From: Bellilinea caldifistulae
Lineage (GTDB): Bacteria > Chloroflexota > Anaerolineae > Anaerolineales > Anaerolineaceae
Length of the DNA: 32,000 nt
Direction: 5' to 3'
NCBI RefSeq assembly: GCF_001306055.1
Contig: NZ_LGHJ01000020.1
Location: 30,001-62,000 of the forward strand
Numbering within the stretch: position 1 is the first letter of the stretch; every line of letters starts with the position of its first letter. Shown here in pieces: positions 10,692-18,397 of this stretch. The notes beneath the pieces are model-generated. The model saw only the letters and a list, made by a program, of their open reading frames with translations. It had not been told where the DNA came from and made no database searches. The position numbers and the translations under genes are program-made.

Positions 10692-10701
10692 TCAGACCTC
10701 C

Positions 10702-11994
10702 TTAATCCAACACCGCACCTGTTTGGCGAAGGGTGGATTGCAATTTCGAGATGGGAACTTCACGGAGTTGACAATTCAGGGCTACGGCAAGGGCTGCGGC
10801 TGTGCCGGCTGCCTGCCCCATGGCCATGCACTGTCCCATGCTACGCACTGAGGCGTGGGCATCATGGTCTGCCGAAAGGCAACGGCCGGCAACCAGCAGC
10901 TGTTCTGCTTTTTGAGGCAGTAAACAGCGATAGGGGATATGATAGGTTTCTCCCTCCGGCAGGTATTCCCAGCGGGTGTCCTGTCCGGCGTGATGTTCTT
11001 CGATGGGAGCGCCGCATTGGGCAATTGCATCATCGAACTTGCGTGCAGAAAGCACATCTGCGCGGGTCAATCGGTATTCACCGAAAATCCTGCGGCTTTC
11101 GCGGATGCCGATTTGGATGCTAAAGCCACCCAAGGCGGCGTTTTCATATCCGGGGATCTGCTCGATGAGAAAGCGAGCGTATTCCAGCGACTGTCGGCGG
11201 CCTTCGATTTCGGCGAGGGTCAGTTGGGTCAAATCGAGGGGGTCAACATCCCGAACGCGAGTCATGTTGGTGGCCATCACACCTGGTAGGGGGGTGATGT
11301 GGACACTGCCTTCCTTGCGGGGCAAGTCGTATCCCAGTTGCTCGGCTTGCTGCATTTTTGCGTGCAATTCGGATTTCTTAACACTTTTTGCCCGCGCAAC
11401 ATCTACGTTAATCATTTTGAAGGTGGTGGTGAGAGATTGAATGGGTCCGTCGCGACTGCTTTCAAAAGGGACGCCCATGCGGGCAGCCACATCAGCATCT
11501 CCGCTGGCATCAATGACTACCTTGGCAGACAGACGGTAAAGGCCGGTTTTGCTGGCAATGACCACACCACGAATTTCCGCGCCTTCTGAAAGCACATCAA
11601 CCACCAGTGCATGATAATACAAACGGACACCGGCCTGACGGGCGAGATGCTCCCACACAACTTTGAGTGTCTCGGGATCGTAGGTGATGCCCTGGCCGGC
11701 GCCATAGGTGTTTGGGCGGTAAATTGCAGCGTTGCGTTTGAACAATTCTTCAATTACGCTATCCGGAACACCGCCTACCACTTTGCGCGGATGAACACCG
11801 GGCGTAAAAAAGCCATAGAAGGTGTCCAGAACCTGAGTGCTGATACCTCCCATGAAACCATAGCGTTCTACCAGCGAGGTGGCTACGCCAAGGCGGGCAG
11901 CAGTGATGGCAGCTGTGGCGCCCGCCGAACCCGACCCAACCACCAGCACATCCGTGGAAGGTAAATCTTGGAGAGAAGTGGAATAAATCATCAT
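10702..11994 (-). CDS. FAD-dependent oxidoreductase (FAD_oxidored/pfam12831-like)
   Basis: N-terminal dinucleotide fold VLVVGSGSAGATAAITAARLG...ERYGFMGG. The length and the C-terminal GRCLSADHDAHASVRSMGQCMAMGQAAG motif are typical of this family. Confidence 0.75.
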   Translation of the reverse strand: MMIYSTSLQDLPSTDVLVVGSGSAGATAAITAARLGVATSLVERYGFMGGISTQVLDTFYGFFTPGVHPRKVVGGVPDSVIEELFKRNAAIYRPNTYGAGQGITYDPETLKVVWEHLARQAGVRLYYHALVVDVLSEGAEIRGVVIASKTGLYRLSAKVVIDASGDADVAARMGVPFESSRDGPIQSLTTTFKMINVDVARAKSVKKSELHAKMQQAEQLGYDLPRKEGSVHITPLPGVMATNMTRVRDVDPLDLTQLTLAEIEGRRQSLEYARFLIEQIPGYENAALGGFSIQIGIRESRRIFGEYRLTRADVLSARKFDDAIAQCGAPIEEHHAGQDTRWEYLPEGETYHIPYRCLLPQKAEQLLVAGRCLSADHDAHASVRSMGQCMAMGQAAGTAAALAVALNCQLREVPISKLQSTLRQTGAVLD

Positions 11995-12014
11995 CGGTTC
12001 CCTTGCCTGAGGAT

Positions 12015-12794
12015 CTAGCGCACCGTCCAGCCGCCATCCACCGTCAGGACGGCACCGGTGATGAAGCGGGCAGCATCGGAGGCCAGGAATACAGCGGCTC
12101 CGGCAACGTCTTCCGGTTGACCAAAATCGGCGGTCAGGGGTTGCAGATCCGCCATTCGGGAGCGGATGTGGGGACTGTTCTGGGCGCGTTGGCTCATCGG
12201 GGTTGCAATCAAACCGGGGCAGATGACATTCGCGCGGATACCGCGTGGAGCATAGTAGGCGGCAATCGAGCGTGTCAGGCTGATGGCGGCACCTTTGCTG
12301 GCAGCATAAGCGTGGGTTGCGAAATCTTCATCGCCACCTACCAGACCCAGTACCGAGGATACGACTACGATGGCTCCTTGGTGCTGGGGCAGCATTGCCT
12401 GAATGGCGAATTTACAACAGTAGAACAGGCTGTTCAAATTCAAATCGAGGGTCTTTTGCCAGCCTTCCAGCGTGCAGGTATCTACCGGTCCATCACCCCA
12501 ACGTCTACCAGAGCCACCGGCAACATTGACCAGTGCATCCAGGCGTTGAAATCGGCTAACGACTTGTAAGGTGACCTCTTCGACCTGATCGGCACGGGTG
12601 ACATCCACCTGCACACAGGTTACAGAAGAAGGTGACGAGCAGGTCTGGCGGGTTTCTTCGGCGGCTTTGAGGTCAATATCCCATAGGATAACCCTTGCAC
12701 CCTCTCGGGAAAATTGGCGGGCGATGGCTGCTCCAATGCCGCTGCCTGCCCCGGTGACTATTGCAACTTTATCCTTTAATTGCATGGTCAACAC
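12015..12794 (-). CDS. Short-chain dehydrogenase/reductase (SDR) family oxidoreductase
   Basis: TGAGSGIG cofactor motif, NVAG, the catalytic YAASK (YxxxK), and a PG..T motif. Its start overlaps the stop of the upstream SIS gene by 7 nt. Confidence 0.9.
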   Translation of the reverse strand: MLTMQLKDKVAIVTGAGSGIGAAIARQFSREGARVILWDIDLKAAEETRQTCSSPSSVTCVQVDVTRADQVEEVTLQVVSRFQRLDALVNVAGGSGRRWGDGPVDTCTLEGWQKTLDLNLNSLFYCCKFAIQAMLPQHQGAIVVVSSVLGLVGGDEDFATHAYAASKGAAISLTRSIAAYYAPRGIRANVICPGLIATPMSQRAQNSPHIRSRMADLQPLTADFGQPEDVAGAAVFLASDAARFITGAVLTVDGGWTVR

Positions 12795-13567
12795 CCATAC
12801 ACTCTACGCACGCGGGCGCGATAGTCATCGTAACACGCATCGAACCGTTTTTTGGATTCTTCCCGGCCGATGAAGTAACTGCTGGTCAGAACAATGGGCG
12901 GTTTGCCCATGGCGGTTAACTTTTCGGCAATCCGGCACTTGAGGGCATTGGTGATGGCAGCGGCTCCAATGGTGGAACCAGGGCCGACCGGATCTTCCAA
13001 TCCCTCAACGTGCACCATTGCATCGCCGGCTGGGGTGCAGTTGTCAATGACGATATCGGCAATATCAATCAGCTTTTTACCGCTGGAATGGAGCGCCGGG
13101 CTTGCCTGACAATGATCCATTGATACGACGGCAATTACCGGCATGTTCAACCGTTTGGCTTCCAATGCCACATCAATAATGACCTCGTTGACTCCACTGT
13201 TAGAGAAGATCAGAAAGCAATCCGGGGGTGAGAAAACAAAATTCCGCAGGATAATCTGCCCCAGACCCTCTACATGTTCTAAAAACATGGCTTGCCGCTG
13301 ACCGTTGGAGCCAACGACGAGGTTGTGGAAGGTGAGAGATAATTCCACAATGGGGTGGAAGCCGGGGAAACTGCCGTGGCGGGGGAACATTTCTTCGACA
13401 AATATGCGCGAATGACCACTGCCGAACATGTGCACCAGACCGTCTCCAGCGATGGTGTGGGCGCACTGTTCGGCTGCCTTTTCTATGTTTTCCAACTGGG
13501 TTTGTTGAATGCGGGTCAGAATGGCTTGCGCGTGATGGAGATATTCGACTGAGGCATTGGTTTGCAT
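12788..13567 (-). CDS. SIS-domain (UPF0309-type sugar isomerase domain) protein
   Basis: A FGSGHS phosphosugar-binding loop and the overall UPF0309 pattern (IEKAAEQCAHTIAGDGLVHMFGSGHSRIFVEEMFPRHG). Confidence 0.75.
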   Translation of the reverse strand: MQTNASVEYLHHAQAILTRIQQTQLENIEKAAEQCAHTIAGDGLVHMFGSGHSRIFVEEMFPRHGSFPGFHPIVELSLTFHNLVVGSNGQRQAMFLEHVEGLGQIILRNFVFSPPDCFLIFSNSGVNEVIIDVALEAKRLNMPVIAVVSMDHCQASPALHSSGKKLIDIADIVIDNCTPAGDAMVHVEGLEDPVGPGSTIGAAAITNALKCRIAEKLTAMGKPPIVLTSSYFIGREESKKRFDACYDDYRARVRRVYGC

Positions 13568-13586
13568 AGAACCTCTACAAGATAAT

Positions 13587-14327
13587 TTAACGAATTTGAG
13601 TAATGCTGTACTCGTAACGGTCGGCGCGGTAATAACTGGTGGAATATTCGATCAAATCTCCTTCTTCGACATAAGTGGCTGTGCCGACATACAACAAGGG
13701 TGCACATTCTTCCACTTCCAGTAAGTCAGCCCGATAGCCATCGGCGGCCACAGCGCGCACGACAATGTCCATGCGTTTGATCATCAGAGCGAAGCGGTTG
13801 GTGAGCACTTCAAAGAGGGACTGATCGGTGAAATTCACGGTTTCAATGCCGGGGCAGCGCTCGGTCAGGATAATGGAAATCTGGTGGCAGATTAATTCGT
13901 TATCGCCATAGCGCAACCGTTCCAGAATCACACAGGGCGCACCTTGTACTTTTTCCAGTACCGGGACATTTTCCATTGTGACGGTGGAAGGTTCGCAGCG
14001 CAAAACTTTGGATGAGGGTACTCGCCCCATTTCGCGCATCTGCTGACTGAAACTGCGGTCGAGGAAAAACTGAATACTGGGAATATCCCGCACAAAGGTG
14101 CCTTTTCCGGGATAGCGTTCAACCAGATTTTCGTCCACCAATCGGCCAATCGCCTGACGAACCGTCTGCCGGCCAACGTTATAAGCCTGACAGATTTCTA
14201 ATTCCGGGGGCAGCATGCTCCCGGGTTTGAGTACGCCGCGTTGAATCATACGGCGTAGATCTAAATAAATCTGATAATACAGCGGAATAGGATTATGGGG
14301 ATCAACAGTTGAGTAGGGTAGGCTCAT
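13587..14327 (-). CDS. GntR-family transcriptional regulator, HutC/UTRA subfamily
   Basis: N-terminal winged HTH (PIPLYYQIYLDLRRMIQRGVLKPGSMLPPELEICQAYNVGRQTVRQAIGRLVDENLVERYPGKGTFV) followed by a UTRA-like effector domain. Confidence 0.9.
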   Translation of the reverse strand: MSLPYSTVDPHNPIPLYYQIYLDLRRMIQRGVLKPGSMLPPELEICQAYNVGRQTVRQAIGRLVDENLVERYPGKGTFVRDIPSIQFFLDRSFSQQMREMGRVPSSKVLRCEPSTVTMENVPVLEKVQGAPCVILERLRYGDNELICHQISIILTERCPGIETVNFTDQSLFEVLTNRFALMIKRMDIVVRAVAADGYRADLLEVEECAPLLYVGTATYVEEGDLIEYSTSYYRADRYEYSITQIR

Positions 14328-14360
14328 AGTTTCCTTTCCGGATAACGGTTAAAGTTGGAT

Positions 14361-15527
14361 TTACACCGAAGACGACATAGCCAGAGGGTACTTTCCCCAT
14401 TCATGAGCAGCCTGAAACAGGGTGATTACATTCTCAGCCGGAACATCGGCCTGAAGGTGGTTGGCAGGGGCCAGGATGTAACCGCCACCTTCGGCAAGTT
14501 GGGCAAGACGTGTTTTCACTTCTTGAACAACTTCCTCACGGCTGCCGAGCATGGCATGACTGATGTCAATGCCACCCAGGAAGCTTATCTGATTGCCGAA
14601 TTTCTGTTTAATTTCTGGGATATTTGTGGACGGTAGCGGTTCCAATGGATGAAGGACATCTACCCCCAGCTCAATGAAATCCGGTATTAGACGACCGACA
14701 GCACCATCGCTGTGCAACATAATCTTGATCTCTGGTTTATGGCTGCGAATGGTGTTAATCATTCTTTGCAAACAGGGTTTGATGAAACGGCGGAACATCC
14801 CCGGTGAAAGAATTAAACCGGAATTACCGGCGTAGTCATCACCGGGCAATTCAATCATATCGAACCATCGCCCGCCGGCCCGCATGGCAGCATCCAAAAG
14901 TCCTTCCAGGAGGGTGGTGATGCGGTCGAGAAGTGCCAGTGCAAAATCGGGGTTTTCGATTAAGTCGGTGAGAAAATTTTCGGTACCGCGCAGGTCACAA
15001 GCGGTTTGAAAGGGGCCGTGAGAAGCCACCATGCGCATCACCACAAAGTAGGGGGTGTGGGTTTGTAATTCCTCCGCTCTTTGCGCGACCCCATTCATCC
15101 AGGAAGGATCGAGGGGATCAGGCCAGCGCACCAGCCGTTCAATATCCTCTCTATCGGTTGTGTTTTGTAAAAGACCCCTGCCGGCATAGTAGTAGGGTAA
15201 AGCCCGTTTCCAGATTTGACCGAATGAATCAAAAAAAGTATTTTCATCATCACCGGGGATGACCGGGCTGTTGGGCAGCCGAGCCGGCCAACAGTAGCGA
15301 AAATCCGTGTCCAAAAGGCTCAGCAGGCGATCATCCATATAGGAGATGTTGTGACCTTGACGAAAAGGCGGGACGGCCTGACCAAGTTGGAAGTAATCCA
15401 GTAAACGAAAATAGAGATCGTCCACCAGACCATAGGGGCCGCCTCCGAGAGCCGTGGGGACACGGTCGGGAGTTTCGTGCCGCAGGGCAGTATATACACG
15501 CTGGCGGGGAGTCAGGGGAAGGGTCAT
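14361..15527 (-). CDS. Uroporphyrinogen-decarboxylase (URO-D) family protein. It is not in a haem-biosynthesis context.
   Basis: Its length and TIM-barrel pattern resemble URO-D/MtaA-CmuA family members (PDRVP near the N-terminus, HSDG, and GGYILAPANH at the C-terminus). It is the first gene of the minus-strand operon. Confidence 0.7.
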   Translation of the reverse strand: MTLPLTPRQRVYTALRHETPDRVPTALGGGPYGLVDDLYFRLLDYFQLGQAVPPFRQGHNISYMDDRLLSLLDTDFRYCWPARLPNSPVIPGDDENTFFDSFGQIWKRALPYYYAGRGLLQNTTDREDIERLVRWPDPLDPSWMNGVAQRAEELQTHTPYFVVMRMVASHGPFQTACDLRGTENFLTDLIENPDFALALLDRITTLLEGLLDAAMRAGGRWFDMIELPGDDYAGNSGLILSPGMFRRFIKPCLQRMINTIRSHKPEIKIMLHSDGAVGRLIPDFIELGVDVLHPLEPLPSTNIPEIKQKFGNQISFLGGIDISHAMLGSREEVVQEVKTRLAQLAEGGGYILAPANHLQADVPAENVITLFQAAHEWGKYPLAMSSSV

Positions 15528-15550
15528 AAAAATTCAAGAACGATTATTCA

Positions 15551-15564
15551 AATGTGCGTACATT
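15551..15564. promoter_or_regulatory. Candidate operator 1: AATGTGCGTACATT (5-bp inverted arms AATGT/ACATT)
   Basis: It matches a second site at 15633-15646 at 13 of 14 positions. It follows the GntR-type GT-Nx-AC rule and lies upstream of the minus-strand operon start (15527). Confidence 0.5.
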
Positions 15565-15600
15565 GAGTCAATTTTAGCCGAATTCCAGCAGAAAAGCAAG

Positions 15601-15629
15601 TTGACACGCATAATAGAATCATCTATAAT
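15601..15629 (+). promoter_or_regulatory. Consensus sigma-70-type promoter for the plus-strand oxidoreductase gene
   Basis: TTGACA (15601-15606), a 17-nt spacer, then TATAAT (15624-15629), about 50 nt upstream of the ATG at 15682. Confidence 0.65.
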
Positions 15630-15632
15630 TAG

Positions 15633-15646
15633 AATGTTCGTACATT
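15633..15646. promoter_or_regulatory. Candidate operator 2: AATGTTCGTACATT, immediately downstream of the -10 hexamer
   Basis: It is the same 14-mer as 15551-15564 with one difference. It overlaps the expected transcription start, which is the classical position for a repressor. Confidence 0.5.
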
Positions 15647-15681
15647 TGGATATTTAAATTTCCCCCTTGGAGAGACAAACT

Positions 15682-16878
15682 ATGAGCCACAAGATCGCCA
15701 TGCTGGGTACCGGCTTGATTGGTCGTTTTTATACCATGAGCCTGTTGAAGTATCGCGGAAAAGAACAGGTTGTGGTGGCTTACTCGAGGAGAGCGGAGCA
15801 AGCCGAGAAATTTGCGGCAGAGTTTGGTATCCCGCGCTGGACAACCGATATGGCGGAAGCAATCCGCGACCCGGAAGTGGACACGGTCGTGATCGGCTTA
15901 CCGAATTACTTGCACAAGCAGGCGGCCCTGTTGGCGGCCGAGGCGGGCAAGGCGGTGCTGTGCACCAAGCCGCTGGCAACCAACGCAGACGAAGCGCTGG
16001 AGATGCTGGAAGCGGTGGAAAAGGCGGGAGTCTTTCATGGCTACCTTGAGGATCTGGTCTATACCCCCAAAACCCTTAAGGCGTTGGAGTCAGCTCGTAA
16101 GGGAGCCTTGGGTAAGGTGTTGTGGGCGCGCTCGCGCGAAACGCACGGTGGCCCGCACAGTGACTGGTTCTGGACCAAGGAGCAGTCCGGCGGGGGCGCC
16201 ATTGTGGATATGGGCTGTCACTGCATCGAAATTGCGCGTAATTTCATCGGCAAAGAAAACCGACCTATCGAGGTAACGTGTTGGGCAGATACGCAGGTTC
16301 ATCCCATTGATGCGGAAGATCATGCGGTGGGTTTGGTGCGATATGACAATGGGGCGATTGGGCAATTTGAGGTTTCCTGGACTTTTCGCGGAGGAATGGA
16401 CCTGCGGGATGAGATTGCCGGTACAGAAGGGACGGTGTGGCTGAATCACTGGTTGCGCACGGGCTTTGAGATGTTTACCGCTGTCGGGCAGGGCGGTTAT
16501 GTGGCAGAAAAAGCCGAAGGGGACACCGGCTGGCTTTTCCCTGTGGGTGATGAAATTGGCTCGCTGGGTTATGTGGAGATGTTCCTGGATATGTTCAATG
16601 CCATGGACGAGGGCCGGCAGCCGATGGAAACCTTTTACGATGGTTATGTGGTCAACGCGATAATTGATGCGTGCTACAAGTCGGCCCAGACCAAAAAATG
16701 GGAACCGGTTGAATTGAAGGTCTGGCGCGGCGGTGAAGGGAGAGACCTTGGTGCTGCTTTGAAGGATTACGACGAGGAACATTACCTGATCAAGGAAGAG
16801 CGGATGCCTAACGGCAACCTCAAAGTCATCCTGAAAAACAAGAAAACCGGGGCAATCACGCAGATCATTCGCGAGTAA
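15682..16878 (+). CDS. Gfo/Idh/MocA-family NAD(P)-dependent oxidoreductase (paralogue 1)
   Basis: N-terminal Rossmann fold ([13 protein letters not shown]), the EKP-like motif CTKPLA, and a C-terminal alpha/beta domain. I prefer the ATG at 15682, preceded by the GGAGAGA RBS, over the listed start at 15667. Confidence 0.85.
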   Translation: MSHKIAMLGTGLIGRFYTMSLLKYRGKEQVVVAYSRRAEQAEKFAAEFGIPRWTTDMAEAIRDPEVDTVVIGLPNYLHKQAALLAAEAGKAVLCTKPLATNADEALEMLEAVEKAGVFHGYLEDLVYTPKTLKALESARKGALGKVLWARSRETHGGPHSDWFWTKEQSGGGAIVDMGCHCIEIARNFIGKENRPIEVTCWADTQVHPIDAEDHAVGLVRYDNGAIGQFEVSWTFRGGMDLRDEIAGTEGTVWLNHWLRTGFEMFTAVGQGGYVAEKAEGDTGWLFPVGDEIGSLGYVEMFLDMFNAMDEGRQPMETFYDGYVVNAIIDACYKSAQTKKWEPVELKVWRGGEGRDLGAALKDYDEEHYLIKEERMPNGNLKVILKNKKTGAITQIIRE

Positions 16879-16885
16879 AAACATT

Positions 16886-16900
16886 GTCTATAAAATAGAC
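16886..16900. promoter_or_regulatory. Perfect palindrome GTCTAT-AAA-ATAGAC, with a third GTCTAT half-site at 16928-16933 and three ACGAA(A/G) repeats
   Basis: Read directly in the 171-nt AT-rich spacer upstream of the ROK regulator gene. This is a possible operator. Confidence 0.35.
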
Positions 16901-16932
16901 GAAGTTCTTAATAAAATATACGAAATCGTCTA

Positions 16933-16961
16933 TTGAATTTACGAAAGAATTTTGTAATAAT
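16933..16961 (+). promoter_or_regulatory. Possible promoter for the ROK regulator / ABC transporter genes
   Basis: TTGAAT (16933-16938), a 17-nt spacer containing TG at 16953-16954, then AATAAT (16956-16961), giving an extended -10 arrangement. Confidence 0.3.
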
Positions 16962-17049
16962 AAAAACAAGTTGTTTTTTACCGCAAGCGATTGCGATAAA
17001 GGCATCCCTGTGTCGGCGTTGATTTTCGGTCTTCGCTTAATCCCTGTCC

Positions 17050-18294
17050 ATGAACAACACCTTTCGGTCACGAATCAAAGCCCCGATTTTGTTGAACAGC
17101 GCAGAAGCGGAGATCATCCGTGCATTGCGGCGTCAGGGATGTATTACCAGTACCGACCTCAGCCGGATGACCGGCTGGTCTAAGGCAAAGACCGCCCAAG
17201 ACATTCGTGATCTGGTTGAAAAAGGATTTTTGATGGAAGCAGGCGAGGGTATTTCCCAGGGTGGAAGAAAACCCCGCCTGCTTTGCATTAATCGCAATCT
17301 CGGTTTTGTGGTTGGGGTGGATATTGGTGCAACCAGCGTGGATGTTGCTCTGGCGGATATTTCGGGCAGCGTTCTTCAACGCTATAGCGAACCGGCGGAT
17401 GTGCGCCAACGCCCGGAACCTTTTTTAGGCCGTTGTGTGGAGATTATCCTTCACCTGATGGAATTGCAGGGGTGCCGGGCTGATCAGATTTTGGGAATCG
17501 GGATTGGTGTACCGGGACCGGTTGACTTTGCGCGCGGGGTGCTGGTGGCTCCACCTTTGATGCCGGATTGGGAAAATTTTTCAATACGGGGGTTTGTAAA
17601 AGAGTCCTTTCCGAATGCGTTTGTGGTTGTGGATAACGATGTCAACATTATGGCACTGGGTGAGCAGCGCGCCGGTGATGGAATCAATGTTGATCATTTT
17701 ATTTTCGTAAAAATTGGCACGGGCATTGGAGCGGGGATTGTTTCCAACGGGAAAATTCACCGGGGAAGTACCGGCTGTGCCGGGGATATTGGCCATATCT
17801 GTGTGGATAAAAACGGACCAATCTGCCGCTGCGGTAACACCGGTTGTCTGGAAGCGATGGCTGCCGGCCCGGCGATTGCAGAGAAAGCCATGCAGGCTGC
17901 GTTGAACGGCAGCAGTCTCCTCCTCAAAAATTTAATGAATCAGAACGGCGGCGTTTTACGCCCCGAAGATGTCAACACTGCCTGCCGTGAAGGCGATCAG
18001 GCCGCCTTGGAGATTATTCGAGCCAGCGGTCAAATGATTGGAGATGTGTTGGCGGGGCTGGTCAATTTCTTCAATCCCAGCCATATTTTTATTGGTGGGG
18101 GTATTGCCAATTTTGGCAATCATTTACTGGTTTCAATTCGCCGGGCTGTGCTGCGCCGTTCTCTGCCGCTGGCAACCACCCATCTCTCAATCAATTTCTC
18201 GCGGATGGGCCCCGATGCGGGAGTAACCGGCGCGGTTGCACTGGCACTGGAATACCTGTTCGTCATCGAAGACCAACCAACTACCACAATTTGA
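17050..18294 (+). CDS. ROK-family transcriptional regulator (NagC/XylR-like, N-terminal winged HTH plus ROK sugar-binding domain)
   Basis: N-terminal HTH (IIRALRRQGCITSTDLSRMTGWSKAKTAQDIRDLVEKGFL), the ROK motif VDNDVNIMALGE, and a Zn-binding CxCGxxGCLE motif (CRCGNTGCLEAMA). Confidence 0.9.
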   Translation: MNNTFRSRIKAPILLNSAEAEIIRALRRQGCITSTDLSRMTGWSKAKTAQDIRDLVEKGFLMEAGEGISQGGRKPRLLCINRNLGFVVGVDIGATSVDVALADISGSVLQRYSEPADVRQRPEPFLGRCVEIILHLMELQGCRADQILGIGIGVPGPVDFARGVLVAPPLMPDWENFSIRGFVKESFPNAFVVVDNDVNIMALGEQRAGDGINVDHFIFVKIGTGIGAGIVSNGKIHRGSTGCAGDIGHICVDKNGPICRCGNTGCLEAMAAGPAIAEKAMQAALNGSSLLLKNLMNQNGGVLRPEDVNTACREGDQAALEIIRASGQMIGDVLAGLVNFFNPSHIFIGGGIANFGNHLLVSIRRAVLRRSLPLATTHLSINFSRMGPDAGVTGAVALALEYLFVIEDQPTTTI

Positions 18295-18397
18295 TTCGGA
18301 AAATCACAAGAAAGGAGGTGTTCCAACTGTCAAAAAAGAATCTAATGATCGTTTGTCCGAATTTTTGTTTGAACGAAAAACTTAACAGAAGGAGAAG

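Noticed and set aside
16090-16884. A 264-aa minus-strand ORF antisense to Gfo/Idh/MocA paralogue 1. Similar antisense ORFs occur at 24782-25498 (238 aa), 27277-27966 (229 aa), 12003-12569 (188 aa, plus strand) and 30083-30733 (216 aa).
   Set aside because: Each lies entirely inside a gene on the opposite strand that has clear family motifs. None has an RBS or family signatures. Their compositions (Arg/Gln/Pro/His-rich) are typical of antisense frames in moderately GC-rich DNA.
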